A stretch of 63,147 bases of DNA, counting the filler, from Klebsormidium nitens (taxonomy: Eukaryota; Plantae; Klebsormidiophyceae), in assembly GCA_000708835.1 (NCBI GenBank). It is 6 parts of 6 records of this genome, joined end to end, with 100 filler letters (N's around TTAATTAATTAA, not from the genome) between each part and the next. Parts side by side here need not be neighbours in the genome. Positions count along the whole stretch, not along the records: positions 18,397 to 42,479 come from DF237862.1; 5 more parts are not named here. One strand, given 5' to 3'. This document shows, piece after piece, positions 24,634 through 35,800 of this stretch; position 1 is the first letter of the stretch, and each line of letters starts with the position of its first letter. The position numbers and the translations under genes are program-made. Below the pieces are notes generated by a model. The model was not told the origin of the DNA. It made no database searches and saw only the letters and a program-made list of their open reading frames with translations.

Positions 24634-27600
24634 TCAGCCCAGAAGGCCAACTGTTGCCTGGGCTCGATGTAACTTGCCTGGGCTTAACATTACTGGATCG
24701 AGAATCACCTGCAAAACGTGCACGCTCGAGCTCCACGTCTTGAGCAGCGCCAGCGCCTCTGTCAGGTTCCGCAGCTCCTTCTTTTCCGCGACACCGTTCT
24801 GGCCCTCCCCCGGGTGCTGACTCTCCCTGACGTCAGCGCCCGCCAACTCGTCCCCGTGGTCCAGCCGGTAGATCGCCCGAAGGACGCAGTCGATCGCGGC
24901 CGGCCGCGGGACGCCGACGAGCTGCTCCACGATCGCGACCGCGCGGTGCAATAGCTTATGGTTGCTCACCCGGAGGTCGATCATAAGCGACCGGTAGACC
25001 TTCCCAGCCAAGACGTGCGCGCCGGTGCTGACGGCGTTCAGCACCAGCTTGACGGCGAGCTCGGAAAAACCGTCGACGCCCGGGACGAGCGGCGCGGCCG
25101 CGGACGGCGGCAGGCGGACTAGGACGCGGACGTTGGCGAGGCGCTCGAGTTCCGGGCGGACGTCGGGGGCGTCCGCGGACTTGGCTTCGTCGACGTCCGC
25201 ATCGCTGCAAACGGCCCACGAGGAAGCTTTGAAAAGCAGAGCTTGCCAGAAAAGAAAATGGGAAGAATTAGAGACGAAAACCAGAGGTTAGAATGTGAAC
25301 GAGCTCGGTGCGGAGTTGAACGCGTCTGGGGGGACTTAGCTTCGTGGAGGTCCGAGTCGCTGCGAAACGGTCAGAGAATGGTACGTCAATAGAAAGGATC
25401 AGAAGTGGAGAGGATGGTAGGCTATCTCTTGTAGCGGACGGTCTACGGTAGTTCGGCACTGTTTGCAGCAAAACCAAAAAGGTCAGTGTCTGGAGGAGGG
25501 AGAAGGAGACAGACTCAAACAGCTTTGCACGTATTTTCGAGATGTGGATACACTGAACGACAACTTTGAGAAAGTGAGAAGCCTCGTCTCGAAGGCGCTC
25601 GTCAAGTCAACCGCGCCCCAAAGCATTGAAGCGACTGATGGGAGGACGACAAGAGGCATACAAGATGGCGCAGTCAAGCTGCAGCGTCAAGATTTGTGCA
25701 GTCTGATACGTTTGACCACCAAGGCGAGGTTGGTCGAGGTATGCACTTTCCAGTACTCCACCGGAATTGGCGCCGCCGGCTCGGGATCTGGCGCAGAAGA
25801 GACGTGGCTACCCTTAAGACAGCTTTCAACTTTGTTAGAGTGCACCAATTACTCAAGGACGCTACTTGCTGACCAAGACAAGCCTGCTGACAGCCTGACT
25901 TCACCGCCTCGCTGGTTCTTTGCGAAGTGAACAGCACGTTGAGCGCTTTTTAACGGCACAGTATCTGAATTAAGCTGATAAATGCATCTTGAGCGGAACA
26001 GTGCAGCCTCAAGAGGCTTCGACAAAGTCGGCACGACTGAGTTTCACCGAGCGCTCACCCAAGGCACAGTATCCGGTCATGCTCCCCGACCACCACATCC
26101 ACGAGCGCCAGCACCATGCCGCCCCGCTGCTTCTTCCGCTCCGCAATCACCGCCTCCGTCTCCGCCGACAGGCCCGCGCCGGCCCCGGCCCCCCGGAGGA
26201 CCACCACCGTATCGGTGTGACGCACCCGCGGCAACACTCGCTCCAGAAAATAAGACACCGATAGCTTCCCGTCGCTCGGGTCGTCTCCACCGGCGGGCAG
26301 CGCGCCGTTCGGCGAGTCGGGGTCGGCGTGTGGCGCGAGGGCCGGGGAGGCTTTGGGGGTTTTGGCGGCGGGCGACGCTGGGGGCGCGGCCCGCTTTTCC
26401 TCGGCGACCCCGTTCTTCGCGCTCTCCCTTCTGCTGTCGCCTTCCGGGCCGCTTCCGCCGGGCGTGTCGCTTTGGGGGGCGTCTCCGTTGGAAAACTCCG
26501 ACCCGGAAAACGATGCGCGCAGTTTGGTGGGCGTACCCGCGGCCGCGAGGCCGCGCTCGACGACGCTCGCGAGCACGGAGGAGGGCAACCGGTCGTCGGC
26601 GTTGAGGCGGCGGGGGGTGCGCCGGGGGCTGTCCGAAAGCGTCCGGTGAGGGGAGGAGGGGGAGGGGTCGGACAGCGTGAGCGGGGGGGGAAGAGCGCGG
26701 TCGTGCCGGGACCTGAGGGAACGAAGGGAAGATTTGAATCCAGAATACGTTTGTACGCCCCTTTTGTCGAGGTTCTTCGAATCATGATGAGGGAGTTGCT
26801 GATCTGCTCTATCGATCCCAATGAGAGGATCCGCGTTTTGTTTAAGGTGTGATTGTTGTCCTACCGCAAAGTCCGGGTAGATGGGAGAAGCACGGCAGCT
26901 GCTTTAGTGGCGTCTGCGGTTTTCTATCAGGTCGCCCTCCAGGCGGGAGGACGTGAGAGCGGTCTTGAAAACGTTGCTGGCAAACAGCGCTTTTAGCAAC
27001 TCATAAGCGTAGTGCAACCCATTCCGCACACTCTCTGCGGCTCAAGATTTGCGTAGGCGACCAACGGAGTCTCGAGACCTTACACCACTATTCTTTGAGG
27101 AACCAGAGTCCGGCACGATTAAAAGCGACCCTGGAGTGCATGTATTTGCAATCGAGGTTAAGACGGTCAATACCAGGAAGCTTCCAACCCGACACTAAAA
27201 CCTACCCCACGAAAGCACCTTCTCCGTACCCCGACCTACTTTACCCCCCAAAGAATAGGCTGTCGAGCTTCCTACTTCAGCAATAGAAAGGGATGTGGGG
27301 TGTTCCCACTGTAAGTGACGGACTCGGAAGCTCACGCCATAGGGCTTGACAGCGACCGCTTGATCACGGGCGGCCTCGTGAGCGCGGCCCAGCCCCCCTC
27401 CACGAACGCCTGGACGTCCGCAGGGGCGGCGCCGAACGTGGGCACCTGTTCGGACGCGTCGATGAGTCCGACGAGCCCAGTCCCTCCGGCGCCGACGTAC
27501 AAGATGCTGCCCTTGGAGTCGAGGCTTTCCCGGGCGGCTTCGATGAGGACCTAGGTTCACGAGAGAGGAAGTGGTAGGCAGGGGTTAGATCGGGGTTCAT

Positions 27601-30600
27601 GGGCAGGGTCAAGTAGAAGTTGGGGGGCATAGGCGTCGCAGCTTCCTTCGGCGGCCTCGACGAGATCAGAAACGGGTACCGCGAGCAGCTTTGACGGCTT
27701 GCTGAAGGTGAGGTGAGAGCTTCGTCGACTTTGCCTGTGACCCCAAATGACTTGCAAGTGGCGCATCTGCAGGTTGGCAAGTTTGCCAATTACGGTGTAT
27801 TCGTTTTCACTCACCTCCTCACACTTCGCAAGAGCAAGCGACGGAAGCAAGAAAGATCCATACATTGGTGTTTGCACTCTTTTTGACAAATAAAGATGAA
27901 GAGGGCGCTCACCGCCAGCTGCGGAATGGCGTCATACACGGCCTTGATGACGCCATCATACGCCTGCAGAGCCGCTTTGTAAGCGGACGGCGCGGCCGGC
28001 GGCGGCGCCTGCGGGCCCTTTTTCGTCTTCTCCGTTCGGACGGGCTTCCCGCTCGTGAACTCGACGGCAGCGTCCGAAGAGGAACGGGAGATTGGCGTTG
28101 CGGGGGCTGCAATTTTGACGGAGAAATATTATAAGGAACGCTTTGGATTCTGTGCTGTAGTTGGCGGGACGTGATTGCAGTTCCCCACATGCATCAAGTG
28201 GATGGAAAGCTTCTGAGGCCTTACTTACTTTCTTCCACGAGAACTTGTTCACCTTTGTTGTTTAAGATATCGCAGATATCTCCCTGCTGTAGGAGACATC
28301 ATTACATTCAGTCGTTGCCTAGAGTCGTTGCTCGAAACGGACCGCTTGCAGTCTGAACGGACAGCATTCCTTAGTCTGTAGGCGAGAGTGCTGTCTCAGG
28401 TACGACTCGACATACCCGCTATGGGCGAGGGAACATAGATGGTGCACGATGCACTGATACTTTCAAGTGGTTATTGCAGCAGATGTGATCATGAACAAGA
28501 AAGAACAATGAGGACATGGGGGGGTGCGACTTTCATTTTTCGTACAGTGACTGGTCTGCCCGCCAGAAAAGTCGTCATCTGTAACTCTGCTAGGCAGTCT
28601 CCGCATTTTCGGAATAGGAGTCCCTATCCGACTTGAATTCACGGACAAGTGTAAGGAAACCAACCTTTGCCGAGGTACGGTAAAGCGAGCGCCTGAGCGC
28701 ACGCCTTGCCGAAGATGGACTCGAGGAGGATCTTGGTGGCTGAGCCGGCCTTGAGACGGGTCGACCCAGTGACGGCCTCGGGGCCAACCACCGGGGTCAG
28801 AATGAAGTGGCGGCGGCCATTAGCGGCGGTCTGCGAACGCCGGCAGAACGGATGAGAATTTCCGGGTGACAGTTTCGGAGACAACAGCTATCACGAGAGA
28901 TAGGACAAAAGCCCGTTGGGACGTAAAAGGAGTCGGGTTTACAGTCGTGTTCAGCAATTTGCAATTCTAAGCACTCGCAGCAGTTTGCAATGACGACAGA
29001 AAGCATGACGATTTTGGGATCTCAGACCTTAGAGTCTGTCACTAACTAGTTTCAGCCGTTCGGTTGTGTGCGAGCAACCAGCAAGCTCTCTTTGAAGATA
29101 CGTGTGCACGGGCTTTGTCGACGAAGTTGGAAGGCCTCGGCTCTGAGAAGGTCGACACGAAGCGCCCTGTTTGCAGGATAGGAAGTATCTTACCTCCCTA
29201 GCAGCCGTCTCCAGTTGGGTTGCGACGTCGAAAAAAGTGTGACCAAACTCGGGGACGCGGACCTTCCTTGCATAGCTCAGGGGGTTGAACCCGAGGAGGA
29301 CCGACGCGTAGTGCGGCTGCTTGATCGTGTACTGCAAGGCAAGGCGAAACCGGAGCGGAGATGAGGCATGTGACCCCAACACCCAGCAAAAGCTTAAGAA
29401 TTTGATTCTCTGGAGCTTTGAAAAGCCTGGACTCAAATCGTGGCGCTGGAAGACAGGCGAGTCTGACAGGCAAGTTTGTCAACACGGCAAGGTGCTTTTA
29501 TGAAGGAGAAGCGTCATTTACTGCCCGGCTCTTCAGAGGGATGCTCTACTCAAGTCGAACCCAAAAGCTTGAGGGAGCAAAATAACGATTCCTTCAATTT
29601 GATCCATGAATGCTGCTCTCACATGCTCTTTGCCAACCACACTGCTTTTCTCGTGCAGACCCCTGAGGCCTTTAGTGCTTCATTTGCAGTACCATCGCTT
29701 TTCAGATCTGAAAAGTCTTCATGACAGCAATTCTAGTTGCCATAATAGTAGCCTGTACCTAGCCTTTTCCAGTGCTATCTTGCTTTTGCTTTATCAAACC
29801 GGATTCTTGCAGCTTGCTTTGCGGAATCCTACCTGCAGCTGTGCCGCCACGTATGTCGCGCTCAGACCGCAACTGATGCCAATGTACAGTACCCGCCCAA
29901 AGCCCTTGCCGTGCCTCCCCTGAGCATAGATCTTCTTGAGGTCTTCCACCGCCTTCGCAGCATTGTCCTCAGCACCCTCTTGAGCCTGGCATCAGCACAA
30001 AGACCTTGATTCAACAATTTGGGCTTGGCTTTCAAAATGCACCTGTCAGAGACTCTAGTAGGCCCCGATGGAAAAGTTCTACCAAGCTCTGAAAGATGCT
30101 TCGAAAGTCCTGACGAAGAAAGAAAAGGCGCCTGACACTGACAGCGAGAGGGAACAGATCTTCAACTCCAATGTTAAGACTTGGCCACCAGAAGCACCAC
30201 TGGACGTTCGAGAATATAGCATTGCTACCAGGGTCTTGGCAAAAGGCATTAAACTGTCAGGCTTCTTTGTTGCCTTGTGATGCCCAAACGTCATGGGTCA
30301 CACGGACCCCTCTTCCAGATACATCTGCGTCGTGGATGCTGTCGGTGACGACCATCGTCCATCTGAGTAACAAGTTTGAGAAATGTCATCCAGACCCCCA
30401 GACTAGACTACTTCTGAGAATTGTGATAGACCTTCTCAGGACTTGCAAGGTTTTGCGGTATGTCCTGCCGATCACTACCCTGCATTGAATAATAGGTCGA
30501 GCAATGAACAACTCAGATCAGCGATCTCAAGTGCAGCTCGCCTAGGTGTCTTTGACAAATATGATTACCTGTACTTAAATAGTCCCTAGAGAGTCAATGC

Positions 30601-31811
30601 GACTTTATGGTTGGCTCCCAAAACATCATCATCAGGTACATAGGAGACACTTCGGTGACTCACCTTGAGCAAAGCTGCCTCCCCCCCAGCAATCAAATAG
30701 TGGATGCATCGTGGCTTGCCGTGCTTCTCCAGGACTGCATTGAACGCCCTGGCAACCGAAAAGGCGATGCGGCCACTCGTGCCTGCCCCACTGAGAATGA
30801 TGGCGCTGTCGTACGGAGAGGAGCGAATCATGTCAACCACAACCGCAATGATGGCGTCGACTGTGCCTCGTACCTGCACAAGTGACCATATCTGGGGCTT
30901 TGTTCCTTACATTTCAGGTTGGAATTACATTCAGTGGGAGTGCAATGTAAGTCTTGTCCCGAAAGTCTTGGTTCCAATTGGGATGTGCTTATTGACTGGG
31001 CAAAGGAGCACATTGATCCCTGACAGAGAGCTTTGTCACCTTGAAGCTGAGGACCTAAGACATCAGGTCTTATGAAAGGCAAGGCAACTTTCAAAAGACT
31101 CTGTTGATTGCAAAGGTTATGTTTACACAGGTGAATACACGAGCTGTCCGGAAGAAACGTTCAGGCCAGAGCATCCGTCTTAGATCAGGCGCTTCGGCTC
31201 TCAAGTCAGCCTTGACCAACATTTTCAGGGACTTCAGGAAGGCAGACTGGCCAAAGTGGGCATGACTGAGCTTTGCAAGGAGGACTTTGCTGTTACTTTA
31301 CAGTATGAAAAAGTGAAACACGCAGGTGCCAAACGGCGCTACTTAACTCAATTGAGTTCTTTGCACAAAGAGGGGTTGCCCGACACACGCTGTACCAGAT
31401 CTATGTGCGTCATTCAAAATTTCCCAAAGGTGACATACATCTTGCACATTTTGAAGCACTGCGCTGCGACCTGCATTATGTTCCATGATTCAATCATTAG
31501 AATCACCAATCATCCTTGCACTGCAACCCAGACATGTCCTAGCGCGGACACAGAGCCAGTTCCACGCACTGAAAGGTGCTTTGGAAGCTCTTAGCAAATG
31601 CTTCCATAATGGCCAGAGCAATCAAGATTGTGGAGGGTTTTACCTCCTCATCAGCTAGACCTGGGAAGCCCTTATAACCACCGAAAATCTCTGCATCACA
31701 AGCTCTCAGCAGCCTGAGGATGTCCGTTGGGCCCCCAAGGTCGAGATCTGCTGTCAACTCGTGAGATCGCTCCGTAATAGCCTGCATTGCAGGTCCACTC
31801 TTGGCTGCCAT
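24634..31811 (-). CDS. GCKR: Glucokinase-regulatory-protein-like (GKRP) tandem SIS-domain protein, MurQ etherase superfamily
   Basis: Approximate exons 31811-31644, ~30873-30664, ~29985-29832, ~29336-29193, ~28850-28675, ~28080-27912, 27550-27336, 26712-26057, 25205-24634. Motifs collinear with vertebrate GKRP as recalled: ITERSHELTADLD...LLRACDAEIF, SGAGTSGRIAF, YLIAGG, EGAED, GISCGLSA, LLGFNPLSYAR, GPEAVTGSTRLKAGSATKILLE, KLVLNAVSTGAHVLAGK...MIDLRVSNHKL. The exact 3' end is uncertain. Confidence 0.88.
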
Positions 31812-32801
31812 GGCGTCCTGAAAGGAAGATTAGCAGCCAATGCACGCGGAGCGCAGCCGAACTGAGCTAGGAAATGCCTTTAACCCTTTCACATGCGATC
31901 AAGGAAGATCATGCTGAGGACATTGCTGCAGCCAATATGAGAAACTAGAAGCGCCCTTTCCTCAGCTGCACAGCCGCAAGAAACAAGCCCGTGTCGCCGT
32001 TGTGCACAAGCTCTCGCAGGCGGCCGCCAGACTCAGAGTCGCAGCTGGTCCGCAACTCCCTCACCAGATGTCGAGCTTCCGACTTCCTGCCGTCCGATCG
32101 AGAGACCGGGGTCGCTTTGATCCGTCAGATAAGTTTCACAAAAATATGTTGTCATACGAAGCGGTTGGTCGAAATTGCTCAATCTGCCTTCAGTCAATGC
32201 ATTTCAAGTGGACTGATATTACCTTCTACTAGTACGGTGACTGGCTTTGGCCAAGTTGCATGCAGATCGGACTCCGGAGGATCACCAGATTCCATACAAA
32301 CTCAGAGGCGTGATGATAAAAACCATCAGGCCTTTCCTTCCTCATGCATGCTCAATTCACTGCGGCTCAGATGCTCAGCCTCAGGATTCTGCGCCTGCCT
32401 GGCAACTTGCCTCAGCCTGGCACATGCTATGAATACTGGCACCAGTGCGAGGTTCAATCGCTCTTCGAATTGAATGTGGATCAATCTGGATTCAATTCCC
32501 GGGTATTATGTGATGTCAGCCTCGGTCTTGACGATTTCAACTTTGTTCCTGGCAGAGGTTGGTTGCCTTACTATAGTACTATGATTAGGGCCCTGGCGAG
32601 TTTGAGGAACGTGCAGCGTAGCGGGTGTGCTGCTGAGAAGGAGGGGCGTTTGAAGGTCGGTTTCTAACCCGGACATACGGAGGCGAAACAACAAGAAGCA
32701 GGACAGTGCGGCCTTTGTGAGAGGGCTTTTGGATAGGAGGCTGAGTGAGGCAGCATTGTGGAGGAAGGTGTAGCATTTGTGGGGCATTAAGAGTGGGGAC
32801 A

Positions 32802-35800
32802 ATGACACTGCCGCCGGAGCCTCTTGAGGCTCAACCGGTCAGCCCTTCTGCGCTCAGCGACCTGTCAGCAGACCAATGGGTGGACAGCCTGACAAAGGTG
32901 CTCAAGGTAGGGGCCAGGCCTGCGAATTTGGAAGAGCCTTCAGAGTAAAAAGGAGGACAAGCCAATTATGCTCTACTGGAAATACCAGAGGTGGCAAAAG
33001 ATTCCCAGGCCCTCACGTTTGCGTACTTTGCCCTGGTCAATCGATGTCAGCAGCGCAGAAAGTATTCTGGCACTTCAGCCCCGGAAGAGGGGCAGAATCA
33101 AACATAGACACGCCTTGTCCTTGGTGGAAGACAATTGGTATTCACGCACAATTGAGCGAATTACAAGGTGTTACCAGAGGGACAGGGAAGCTTAAGTACA
33201 AGCTTGATTTCGTATGCTTAGAACCATTGTGTTATCCATTGAGACAAGCGAAACAGTTTTACCTCCATAAGTCGACATTGCCATCTATTTACCATCTATC
33301 CAGCGGCTGGGGCTGGTAAAACAAGGTCTGTGTGCCCTGCCGGCAGACTTTGGGAGCCGTTTTCAGTCCACATGCTGGGCCGCAAGAATGCAGGGATTTG
33401 ATTATTAGAAGGCAACGCAGCAGTATACCGCATATGCCTCATCTTTTTCAAATTGTAATCATACAGACGCCCTCCTATGGTGGGTGTAACCGGATATGGT
33501 AAACATTATACTTGATTTGATTACCTCTCCTTATATGATGCCATTCCAAAAGATGAACCTCGTCTATTTTCTTTACTGTAGATTCACACCCCAACTGGCG
33601 AGGGCAGGCCCAAGAAACTGAAGTCTCTGGATGACATTGCTAATGTCGACCCCGCATCTGGTAGGTGGCTGTCAAGTGTTGCTGACACGAAGTGTCTTAT
33701 TAGGAGTTGACTACTGCTTCTGATACTCTTTTCCTTCGTTGTGTACTTCCTTTCACTCGTTGTCTGTTTGGAGCCTTTGATCGTCTTCGAAAAGAAAGGA
33801 TAGTAGTGAGGGGTGCACCAATTCAAGACAGAATACATGTGCAGTTTCTGCAGTCCAATGACTGATTACCTGACACCAGCAGTCAACGAAACGAATCAGT
33901 TGCTGCATGAAACACATCTGTCCAGTTTCAAAGTATCTCCACCACCAGAAGCTTCAGATTGCTGAGATAGTCGATCTCTGAGTGCAGGTGGTTCTCCCAA
34001 GGCGGTTAGGCTAACCAGCCCCAGGTCTTTGCTGGCATGCTTGCAGACAGGGATCGATCCCAAGGAGATAATATACAGGTGACTGAGCAGGGCCGCAGTT
34101 ATCCTCTTGCCGTTGCCTTATTCTACCACTCGTACTGAAGTACGATTCACAGACAATGTCCAAAACTGCTTTCAAGCTCGGAAAGCTCTGTAAAGAGTCC
34201 TTTGTTGTGAGTGCTTGGTGCCTACAGACCACGGGCTTCAGGCTTGTTTGTACAAGAATTCAAGTCACAGTGTGTGTGGAGCTGACGTCAGTGGCGCTCT
34301 TTCCAGGCCGTTCGAGGAGTTCGCCGAGAAAGGGCTGACGCCCGAGCTCCAGAAGCTCAAGTATGAGCACTGCGAAGCCAAGCGCCAAGGTAAGGACTGT
34401 GTTCCGATGTGTCCTATCTACTTCCAGAATCTGTCGGAGTTGCAGCACATTGTTTTGGGAAACCTGAACGTAGAGGATGATTTTCGCTCCTGCACAAAGA
34501 AGCGAAAGGATGCCTTTGTGCGAGTTGGTCGACTTTGGACTGGAGCATTACACAGTAAACGATAAAGCTGCGGGCCTCGTGAGAGAGACCGCTCTCCAAA
34601 GTCGTCTGCTGCGGATCGCCTGCAGGAAGTCTCTGAAAGGGCCAGCATTCAAGAGCTCAGCCGTACTCGTAGTGCCGCTCACTCGTACATCGGAAGGTCC
34701 AAGGCAGCAAGGAATGCCGAAATGTCAAGAAGTGCTGCTGTTTTCCACGGACGGCCGCGGTAACTGTTTATCTTTCATCAGTCCCTTAAACCTGCTTCAA
34801 TGACGGAAAGGCAGAGCTTCACAGTTACGTCGGAGCGCCCTAGCACTCTGCAGGAGTGCACCGACACTGGCTCTTTCCCCCATACAGAGAAGCTGCAGCG
34901 GCTGCAACTAGAGCGGCGCAAGATTATGGAAAAGGACCATGAGGCGGGGGGCGAGAGTGGCGCTCTGGGGGGCCTCCGACTGCCCGGGAGCCCGGGCAGC
35001 CCCCTGAGAGAAGAGGGCAAGAAATCGCCCCAATCGCCCTCCATCCTGAACGCTCTGGGGGGGGCGGATATGGTTGAAAAGGTAAGCGTAGGAAATTTTC
35101 GGTTCAGTAGGAAAGGAGCGCAAGACCGGGTTTACAAGTGGAAGAGGTTTCTGGTTGGTTAGGAAATGCTGTTACGTTGGAAGCTGCTACGTTGTGTGGT
35201 TTATAAAGCCGACAGGTGACCAGGTCACGCACGTGTGCAGCTCGAAGAAAGTGGCCAGTTAACCTTGTCTTAGATGCAAGCGTCCCCTTCTTGCTCTCAC
35301 GTTCAACACAACTCGAAACCAAACTGATTGCTCGTCTGTGACGTCATGCAGGAGGCGCGCCGGCTCGAGGTGCTGCAGCGGCGGCAGCAGCGCGAGCTGG
35401 AGCAGATGATCAACTACGAGAAGAAGCGCCAGGTAAAAGGCGCGGCCGCGGGCCGCAGCCACGTTTTGAGATTGAGGACACGTACGTAATGCTCCTTTCT
35501 TGGAGCACGGTCAGGAAGCATACGTGATCAGACTACCGTTTGTGAAGTACGATGCGAAGTGGACGGAACAACGAGCGCTGCTTCCATGCTTTGCCTTCTT
35601 TTCGCTCAGTGCTACTGAAGGGTATGCTTGCTTTGACCTGAGCTTGCGCCACGTGTTGGATGCGATGCTGCTTCGACAATTCCTTACTGAAAGCGTTCGA
35701 ATCGTCCGTCATCGAATCCAGATGCTTGCCGCGGAAGCTCAGAGGATGATCGACGCCGAACGGGAAGCCCAGATGCGGGAGGTACGGCAGACGCCTGTCC

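Noticed and set aside
27560-27890. Open frames between GKRP-like exons
   Set aside because: The flanking exons splice in phase 0 (27912 to 27550) and give a continuous GKRP alignment without this segment, so it is intron.
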